In this document: piece after piece, positions 25,890-32,000 of the stretch
Layout: each line of letters starts with the position of its first letter
How positions within the stretch are numbered: position 1 is the stretch's first letter
The notes under the pieces: model-generated
What the model was told of the DNA's origin: nothing
What the model saw: only the letters and a program-made list of their open reading frames with translations
Databases searched by the model: none
Made by a program: the position numbers and the translations under genes
Origin: Edaphobacter aggregans
GTDB taxonomy: Bacteria > Acidobacteriota > Terriglobia > Terriglobales > Acidobacteriaceae
DNA length: 32,000 nucleotides
Assembly (NCBI RefSeq): GCF_003945235.1
Contig: NZ_RSDW01000001.1
Coordinates: 5,910,001-5,942,000 of the forward strand
Reading direction: 5' to 3'

Positions 25890-26762
25890 ATGCTAAGAAA
25901 TATTGGCAACCTGCAATCCACTCGTAGCCGCCGAAATTCCAGCACGGTGCGATCCGCGATCATGTCATCCATGGCGTCGCCGTCATCGAGTGAGCTGCTG
26001 CGGCACGAGATCGACTCACTGGCACGAGAGAAGCTTGATCTTCATTCGCAACTGTTTGAGGCGGCCCGCATCCAGCGCAAACTCAGCGGCCCGCGTATGT
26101 TCCGCAACGTCAACTTACAGTTTGCCAGCGAAGTCTTTGCAGCTCGCTATCTTTCAGGTGACTTCACAACGTTCTCGCAAGACGGTTCCAGGGTTCTCGT
26201 AGTGCTCGGAGACATTGCTGGAAAAGGCATTGCTGCTGGCATGTGGTTCACGAACATGGCAGGACTCCTGCAAAGTTACGGTGGACCGAACGCAAACCCG
26301 TCAATGATTGCTACACAAGTGAATCGCCACCTCTGCGAACTGCGGCCGGTTGCACCGTTCGTCACCGCATTTCTCGCGCAGATTGACTGCGATCTCGGGT
26401 TGATCGACTACTGCAACGCCGGCCATTTTCCGCCGATACTGCTTCACTCGGATGGCCGAGCTGATTTGCTCCAGATCGGCGGCCCACTCCTGGGTGCGAT
26501 CGAACCTGCAGCGTTTCAAACAGGCAGGGTGGTTCTCCAACCCGGCGATGCACTGGTTGCATACTCCGATGGCATCCTTGAATGCCGTAATGCTTCAGGA
26601 GAAGAGTTCGGAACGGACCGCCTGATAGCGGCACTAAAAGGAATCGAAAAGCAATCCGCCCAAACCACACTCATGATGCTCCTTGCCGTTGTACAGGACT
26701 ACGCCAATGGCCTTCCACTTTGCGACGACGTCAGCTTGACAGTGATTCAGTACGCGCATTGA
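25890..26762 (+). CDS. PP2C-type (SpoIIE/RsbU-like) serine phosphatase
   Basis: AARIQRKL...SGDFTTF...VVLGDIAGKGIAAGMW...CNAGHFPPILL...LVAYSDGILE...DDVSLTVIQY is typical of the PF07228 family. The gene begins 18 nt after the regulator stop, with GGAGAG 5 nt upstream of the ATG. Confidence 0.88.
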   Translation: MLRNIGNLQSTRSRRNSSTVRSAIMSSMASPSSSELLRHEIDSLAREKLDLHSQLFEAARIQRKLSGPRMFRNVNLQFASEVFAARYLSGDFTTFSQDGSRVLVVLGDIAGKGIAAGMWFTNMAGLLQSYGGPNANPSMIATQVNRHLCELRPVAPFVTAFLAQIDCDLGLIDYCNAGHFPPILLHSDGRADLLQIGGPLLGAIEPAAFQTGRVVLQPGDALVAYSDGILECRNASGEEFGTDRLIAALKGIEKQSAQTTLMMLLAVVQDYANGLPLCDDVSLTVIQYAH

Positions 26763-27089
26763 GCCGAACGTGACGCGATCCGGCAAGGAACGTGATCGCC
26801 CCAACTGGCCAGACGACGAATCTGCTACCGCATGTCGTTTCGGGATTGTTGCCCGAAGTTTTATAAGCCGAAAATTCAGCTTCTCCACAGGTCTGGCCGC
26901 AAAAGATACAGCAATAGTCCACGTATTGAAATATATTGGACGATTACAGTGATCGCCTCGCGCTTCAGATCAAACTGGATGATCCAGACGTGTGTAAGTG
27001 GGTTTTGAATACAAATGTTTCCCGTTTATACGACTCTTGCGTCCCTTCAAGAGTAGTGAATCTGTTCCGAGACGATCGAACTTTTCTCT

Positions 27090-27119
27090 TTGACATCCTT
27101 CACGTTCAGGAAATATATT
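27090..27119 (+). promoter_or_regulatory. Candidate sigma70-type promoter for the GH30 gene, with an overlapping palindrome
   Basis: TTGACA (27090-27095) is followed by an 18-nt spacer and TATATT (27114-27119), about 120 nt upstream of ATG 27241. The perfect palindrome GAAATATATTTC (27110-27121) covers the -10 element. It is a motif match only. Confidence 0.35.
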
Positions 27120-27240
27120 TCTGATCGCAAATAATTCGAAATTGTTCGGAACGTCGTGCTGAATGCTTACTCGGTTCCCGGGCCCCCTGCAGACAGTAGT
27201 TCTCCTTAACAGGTCAGGCCAACCCAAGAGAGGAACGGAA

Positions 27241-29229
27241 ATGAAAGCACTGATATCAGTTCGTCAACTGTTTGCATTGCCAACACTGGCAATGCTACTT
27301 GCCCCGGCAGCGCTTGCGCAGACGCTCACAGGCAATGTGAATTTCACCTCGAAGCTCCAGCAGATCGATGGATTTGGTGTTGCTGCTACTTTTGGCAGGC
27401 CCACCTACATCCAGACAGCGACTGGCAACGTTCCAAGCCAGATCGTCGACATGCTCTTCAATCCAAAGACGGGTGCTGGCCTCTCCATGTTGCGGATGGG
27501 CATAGATGACGTCGTATCCTCCAACGCCACGGATGTCAGTAATGCGGCAGGTATCGCGAACTCAGGCATTTTCATTGTGAACACCCCTCCTAATTCGTGC
27601 AGCGAAACTCCCACCTATACCTGGGACCATTCTGCCGGTGGAGAGATCTGGATAGGTCAACAAGCCGTAAAGTACGGCGTCAATCGCTTCTATGCTGATT
27701 CCTGGGGCGCTCCCGGCTACATGAAGACGAACAACAACGCGAATTCCGGTGGAGTCATCTGCGATGGAACCGCCAGCACCCAGGGGACGGGAAGCCACTG
27801 CCTTGCCAATGGATTCTCGGACTGCCGCGCGGCCTATGCCAACTACCTGGTGCAGTACGTCAAGGACTACCAGGGAGATGGCGTTCCCATCAGCGACCTC
27901 GGTTGGATCAACGAGCCAAACACAAATCAACCCGCCTACGCTTCCATGACACCCACCTCAGCCCAAGCGATCACCTTTCAGGATGTTTACGGGCCTATCC
28001 TGCGAGGATCCGGCCTCAAGGTGAATCTGGTATGTTGCGATGTCTTTAACTGGAGCACTGCGAACACCTATGACACTGCCATCGTTAACGACCCAACGGC
28101 TGATTCCTTCGTGGATATCTACTCCGCGCACGAATACGGGCAGGTTGCGAACTTCGTGCAGACAACGGCGACGGCCGGCAACCCGATCAAGAAAAACTGG
28201 ATGACCGAATGGGGTCCGCAATCTCCAGTAGCGTGGAATCCGTATTGGGATTCAAGCTTTGCCGGCACATCAACCAATTTCAACGACGGCATGTTCATCG
28301 CCAACGATATCTCCAATGCGCTCAATTTGGGCCACATCAGCTCCTATCTTTATTGGTATGCCGATTCCACATCGACCACGGGAGCCATGGTTGAAATAGG
28401 CGGTCCCTATGTCTCCGGTCAAACCTACCAGTCCTGGCCGTACTTCACCTATACGGTTCCGGCACGCTTTTACGCGCTTGCCCAATTCTCCCGCTTCGTA
28501 CGCCCGGGGGCTTACGAGGTCACGATGAATACGAACACGTCTGCCTGCTCAAGAATCACTCAAGGTGTAGGCAATTGCCTTGCGACGACCGCCTTCGTTA
28601 GTCCCGATGGCTCCAAGGTCATCAACGTCGTGAACAATTACACCTCGGGCGCCCAAACGCTCAACCTGACTCTTGATGCAGGGTCCGCCGACTGGATACC
28701 GACTGCCTATATCACCGACGCGGATACCATCCCCAACTCCGTTGCTAACTCCGCCTCGCCCGAACCGCTGAACACTGCGATTGCAAATACTTCCGGCGTA
28801 GCATCGGTAAGCGGAACGACGCTGACGGCAACCTTCCCGATCCGGTCGATGACGACTATTGTTCTTACCCCACCGGTCACGGCCGGTCCCGTGCAGCTGG
28901 TTGTCACGCCGTCGCATTTTGCCGAAGGCGATGGCACCGTTCTCTCCACACTAACAGTTACTAACAACGGCACAGGCACCGCGCAGAACGTACAAGTGAC
29001 GAGCGCGAGTCTCGGTACGTCCGTAGGAACCACGATGCCGACAGGTCCGCTTCCCTTTATGGTCGGCACCATCGCTCCGGGAAGCTCGGCGGTCGTGTAC
29101 GTCAACTATGCAGCCGGTCAAACGCCTGGAGCAACAGCGATCGAGAAGATTACGGGAACCTATACGAGCAGCAGCGGCAATGGCAACTTCGGCGCTTCCT
29201 TCCGTGCCGTTGTTCCGGCTCTTCCATAA
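27241..29229 (+). CDS. Secreted glycoside hydrolase family 30, specificity not resolvable
   Basis: Starting at ATG 27241 (GAGAGGAA upstream) gives the signal MKALISVRQLFALPTLAMLLAPAALAQ. GH30 blocks: QQIDGFGVAATFG, LSMLRMGID, ADSWGAPGYMKTN, YANYLVQYVKDYQGDGVPISDLGWINEPN (acid/base Glu) and WMTEWG (nucleophile Glu). It ends in the shared C-terminal module. Confidence 0.88.
   Translation: MKALISVRQLFALPTLAMLLAPAALAQTLTGNVNFTSKLQQIDGFGVAATFGRPTYIQTATGNVPSQIVDMLFNPKTGAGLSMLRMGIDDVVSSNATDVSNAAGIANSGIFIVNTPPNSCSETPTYTWDHSAGGEIWIGQQAVKYGVNRFYADSWGAPGYMKTNNNANSGGVICDGTASTQGTGSHCLANGFSDCRAAYANYLVQYVKDYQGDGVPISDLGWINEPNTNQPAYASMTPTSAQAITFQDVYGPILRGSGLKVNLVCCDVFNWSTANTYDTAIVNDPTADSFVDIYSAHEYGQVANFVQTTATAGNPIKKNWMTEWGPQSPVAWNPYWDSSFAGTSTNFNDGMFIANDISNALNLGHISSYLYWYADSTSTTGAMVEIGGPYVSGQTYQSWPYFTYTVPARFYALAQFSRFVRPGAYEVTMNTNTSACSRITQGVGNCLATTAFVSPDGSKVINVVNNYTSGAQTLNLTLDAGSADWIPTAYITDADTIPNSVANSASPEPLNTAIANTSGVASVSGTTLTATFPIRSMTTIVLTPPVTAGPVQLVVTPSHFAEGDGTVLSTLTVTNNGTGTAQNVQVTSASLGTSVGTTMPTGPLPFMVGTIAPGSSAVVYVNYAAGQTPGATAIEKITGTYTSSSGNGNFGASFRAVVPALP
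28888..29226 (+). repeat. Shared C-terminal module, copy 3 (last 113 aa of GH30; more divergent)
   Basis: PVQLVVTPSHFAEGDGTVLSTLTVTNNGTGTAQNVQVTSASLG...IEKITGTYTSSSGNGNFGASFRAVVPALP-stop. It has the same block order as copies 1 and 2, with mostly synonymous DNA differences in the TNNGTGTAQNVQ block. Confidence 0.8.
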
Positions 29230-29230
29230 C

Positions 29231-29266
29231 AAAGGGTGAGGCTTAGACCTCCCCCTTTTGTTGTTC
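29231..29266 (+). terminator. Rho-independent terminator after the GH30 gene
   Basis: AAAGGGTGAGG (29231-29241), loop cttaga, then CCTCCCCCTTT (one mismatch), followed by TTTTGTTGTT. It starts immediately after the stop codon. Confidence 0.7.
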
Positions 29267-29635
29267 GCGGAGCTTTCGTTATTTTTTTTAGAGGCTCGGG
29301 GGGTTGGGATGCGAGGCAGCAGATCCAGACTGGTCGCTGCGTTGTAGGCAAAACATGCCTCGGTCAGATATCTAGGTGCATTACGTCCACCACGACCAAA
29401 TCTTTCTTCTCGTAGCGTGTGGCGCGGTGACAATCAGTGGTTCATCGATTGGTTGGTGTGGGGAATCCGGAACATTCGCGGTCGTTGCGTTGACTTTCCC
29501 CCACGGTTGGGCAAAACTTCCGGATTGCCGACAATACATCCACTTCGCGCTCAATGAGCGCATTGCACTGAAGTTGTCAGTCGAGATCGTTACTTCCGAG
29601 TAGCCGGTGATACTGGGCTGGAAGGTGAGGTGAAG

Positions 29636-30751
29636 TCACCGTCCGCGCTGGCTAACGAACTGGCGTGCGGCGAGGAGAACAGTGGCGCATCCCATGAGCG
29701 TGAGGACCAGGGCGTTGAACCAGAGATCGGGGAAACCGGCGCCGCGCAGGATGATGCCGCGCAGGATCTGGATGTAGTAGGTCGCGGGGATAATACGGCT
29801 GATCGCGCGAAAGATTGGCGGCATGGTGTCGATGAGAAAGATGTAGCCGGAGAGGAAGACTGAGGGCAGAACAGTGCCCATGGAGAGTTGAAAGGCTTCG
29901 GCCTGAGTGCGGGCTTTTGTGGAGATGAAGAGACCGACTCCGAGGACAGTAAGCAGGAACGGTAGCGACATTGCGAGCAGGACGAAGACGTTGCCGTGGA
30001 TGGGCACCTGAAAGACGACACGCATAATGGTGAGAATGAGGCAGAGTTCTGCGAAGCCGAGAACGCCGTAGGGGATCATCTTGCCGACCATAAGGCCGAG
30101 GGGAGCGACGGGAGTCATGGTGAGTTGCTCCAGTGTGCCGCGCTCGCGTTCGCGGACCAGGCTGAGGGCGATGAGCAGGATGATCATGACTTGCAGAAGA
30201 ACGGCGATGAGGCCTGGCACGAAGAAGTTCGCCGAGCGAGTGGCGGGGTTGTAGAGGACGGATGGGCGCACCTCAATGGGCATCTGCGATGAACCGAGGA
30301 TGCGGCGGAGGGATTGTTCGAGGGCGACTCCGGTAGAGGCATTGACGGCTTGTGCGGCGACGGTGGTGTCGGAGCCGTCGATGAGGACGAGGACGGTGGC
30401 GGTTGCACCGCTTTGGAGTTGGCGGGCGTAGTCATAGGGAATTTTGATTGCGACGCGCGCTTTGCCTGCGCGCATGGCGGTGTACATGTCTGCGTTGGAT
30501 TGAACGGTAACGGCGAGGCGGAAGGTGTCGGATGCCGCGAAGCTCTCGAGTAGCTGGCGGCTCTGCTGGGTGTGGGATTCATCAAGGACGACGGTTGGGA
30601 TTTGCCTGATGTTGGTGTCGACTGCGAAGCCGAAGAGAAATAACTGGATGAGTGGGATGACGAGTGCGAAGAAGAGGGTACCGGGGTCGCGAACGATATG
30701 GGTGAACTCTTTGCGGCAGACGGGCAGGAGACCGTAGAAAAGTGACTTCAT
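29636..30751 (-). CDS. ABC-2 type transporter permease (YbhR/YbhS/YhhJ-like)
   Basis: 371 aa. One N-terminal TM helix and a large extracytoplasmic loop are followed by five C-terminal TM helices, which is the ABC-2 architecture. The start overlaps the ATPase stop codon by 4 nt. Confidence 0.88.
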   Translation of the reverse strand: MKSLFYGLLPVCRKEFTHIVRDPGTLFFALVIPLIQLFLFGFAVDTNIRQIPTVVLDESHTQQSRQLLESFAASDTFRLAVTVQSNADMYTAMRAGKARVAIKIPYDYARQLQSGATATVLVLIDGSDTTVAAQAVNASTGVALEQSLRRILGSSQMPIEVRPSVLYNPATRSANFFVPGLIAVLLQVMIILLIALSLVRERERGTLEQLTMTPVAPLGLMVGKMIPYGVLGFAELCLILTIMRVVFQVPIHGNVFVLLAMSLPFLLTVLGVGLFISTKARTQAEAFQLSMGTVLPSVFLSGYIFLIDTMPPIFRAISRIIPATYYIQILRGIILRGAGFPDLWFNALVLTLMGCATVLLAARQFVSQRGR

Positions 30752-31677
30752 TTCGCGGCCTCCATGATCTGGTAGGTCAGGGTGACGAAGACATCTTCGA
30801 GCGAAGGCACAATGGGTTGGATCTTAGCTTGAGGGAACTGCGTGCGGAGGGAGTCCATCTTCGTGGTCTCAACGAGAGAGTGAATGGAGCGGCCGAAGAT
30901 AGTGGCTTCGCGTACGCCGGGTTGTTTGCGCAATGCTGCCAGGATTGTGGAGGTGTCAGGCGTTTCGATCTCTACGCGTGATGTGCCGGCGGGATTGGCT
31001 TCGGGCAGATGCTGGAGTTCGCCGATGGTGCCGAGAGCGACCAGCTTTGACATGTAGATGTAGCCGACACGGCCGCAACGCTCGGCTTCGTCCATGTAGT
31101 GAGTGGTGACGAAGAAGGTGACGCCCTGTCCGGAGAGGAGGAAAAAAAGATCCCAGAGAGAGCGGCGTGCGACGGGGTCGATGCCGGCGGTGGGCTCGTC
31201 GAGGAAGACGACCTCAGGCGAATGGATGATGGCACAGCCGAGAGCGAGGCGCTGTTTCCAACCGCCGGAGAGAGCGTTGACTCGGCGGTGAAGGTAGGGC
31301 TGGAGGCCGGTGAGGGCGAGGATCTCCTGGATGCGCTGCGTCGCGCGGGGGCCGGTGATGCCGTAGACGCCGGAGTAGAAGCCGAGGTTCTCGGATACGG
31401 TGAGATCTTCGTAGAGGCCGAATTCTTGCGACATGTAGCCGACGTGCCGTTTGATTTCGGCGGCGTCTTTGCGGATGTCCATGCCGAGGATGGTGCCGGT
31501 ACCTTCGTTAGGTGGAATGAGTCCGCAGAGGGCTTTGATGATGGTGGTTTTGCCCGAGCCGTTGGGGCCGAGGAAGCCGAAGAGCTCTCCTTTGTTGATC
31601 TCGAAGGAGACGTCGCTGACTGCGGTGAAGTCTCCGAAGCGGATGGTGAGGTGGTCGGCGGTGATGACTGGAGTCAT
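30748..31677 (-). CDS. ABC transporter ATP-binding protein (single NBD)
   Basis: Walker [11 protein letters not shown]-loop YMSQE, signature LSGGWKQR, Walker [14 protein letters not shown]-loop TTHYMDEA. It overlaps both neighbouring genes by 4 nt. Confidence 0.95.
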   Translation of the reverse strand: MTPVITADHLTIRFGDFTAVSDVSFEINKGELFGFLGPNGSGKTTIIKALCGLIPPNEGTGTILGMDIRKDAAEIKRHVGYMSQEFGLYEDLTVSENLGFYSGVYGITGPRATQRIQEILALTGLQPYLHRRVNALSGGWKQRLALGCAIIHSPEVVFLDEPTAGIDPVARRSLWDLFFLLSGQGVTFFVTTHYMDEAERCGRVGYIYMSKLVALGTIGELQHLPEANPAGTSRVEIETPDTSTILAALRKQPGVREATIFGRSIHSLVETTKMDSLRTQFPQAKIQPIVPSLEDVFVTLTYQIMEAAK

Positions 31678-32000
31678 TGCAGCCGCACCGTTGCGGACAT
31701 ACCGGATTTCAGGACGCCGTCTGGATTGTCAACGCGGACTTTGACACCAAAGACCTGATGCTGGCGGTCGTCGGGAGTCTGGACGTTTCGCGGAAGGAAC
31801 TCTGCCTGGGCGGCGATCTCCTGAATGTGGCCGGTGAAGGGACGTCCGTGAAGGGAGTCAACCTCGACGTGCGTGGATTGGCCAACACGGACCGCGGCGA
31901 GATCGGTTTCCGGAACGTAGACCTTGACCCAGAGCTGTGAGGATTCGAGCATGGTGACAACGATCCTTCCGGGGCCGACGAGGTCGCCGGTGCGCACGCT
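31674..32000 (-). CDS. HlyD-family periplasmic adaptor (YbhG-like); only the C-terminal part is in the window
   Basis: The frame is open to the window end. The C-terminal beta-barrel region reads [85 protein letters not shown], typical of HlyD adaptors encoded upstream of ABC-2 exporters. Confidence 0.8.
   Translation of the reverse strand, partial: SVRTGDLVGPGRIVVTMLESSQLWVKVYVPETDLAAVRVGQSTHVEVDSLHGRPFTGHIQEIAAQAEFLPRNVQTPDDRQHQVFGVKVRVDNPDGVLKSGMSATVRLQ

Noticed and set aside
26766-26795. A direct repeat of GAACGTGA (26766-26773 and 26788-26795, 22 bp apart) just after the PP2C stop codon, considered as an OmpR-type response-regulator binding site.
   Set aside because: Exact 8-mer repeats within ~30 bp are expected many times per 32 kb by chance. 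The site is about 300 bp from the candidate GH30 promoter.
1-32000. A scan for CRISPR arrays, IS elements, integrases, phage genes, toxin-antitoxin pairs and known defence-system genes.
   Set aside because: None was found. There are no regularly spaced repeats and no transposase or integrase motifs in any frame. The only repeated sequence is the C-terminal module coding segment reported above.

Overview
This is a gene-dense segment of a high-GC bacterial chromosome. I call 23 protein-coding genes (two cut by the window edges) and one decayed gene fragment. I found no rRNA, tRNA, CRISPR array, transposase, integrase or phage gene, and no recognisable defence system. The gene content suggests a soil Acidobacteriota (Terriglobia-like) genome: an ADOP/FtsX-type permease remnant, an EPS priming glycosylphosphotransferase, and many Sec- or Tat-exported carbohydrate-active enzymes without SusC/D. 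The taxon cannot be proven from the sequence alone.

Gene order:
- 1-5.8 kb, housekeeping genes: EPS sugar transferase (5' partial), nadE, a DsbA-like CPHC oxidoreductase, an NCS2 purine permease and a DUF985 cupin.
- 5.8-12.3 kb: a small lipoprotein, a Tat-exported FAD amine oxidase divergent from a Tat-exported DUF2264 protein, a GH2 beta-glucuronidase-like enzyme and a DUF4105 membrane protein.
- 12.3-13.1 kb: an AT-rich spacer plus a frameshifted C-terminal remnant of an ADOP permease.
- 13.1-19.9 kb: tannase/feruloyl esterase, a 926-aa CE8-like beta-helix multidomain protein and a PL1 pectate lyase.
- 19.9-20.6 kb: a 763-bp noncoding region.
- 20.6-23.1 kb: a small acidic disordered protein and htpG.
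- 23.5-26.8 kb: a histidine kinase, OmpR-type regulator and PP2C phosphatase operon.
- 27.2-29.2 kb: a GH30 hydrolase.
- 29.6-32 kb: an ABC-2 permease, ABC ATPase and HlyD adaptor operon (adaptor partial).

The most interesting signal is a conserved module of about 100 aa that forms the extreme C-terminus of three otherwise unrelated secreted polysaccharide-degrading enzymes (CE8-like, PL1, GH30). In the PL1 enzyme it is preceded by a choice-of-anchor-D-like domain. I interpret it as a candidate undescribed C-terminal sorting or surface-retention tag. This is an inference, not a demonstrated function. The other observations are weaker: an orphan kinase/regulator/PP2C module, the Tat oxidase plus DUF2264 pair, AT-rich palindromes upstream of CAZyme genes, and a compositional mosaic.
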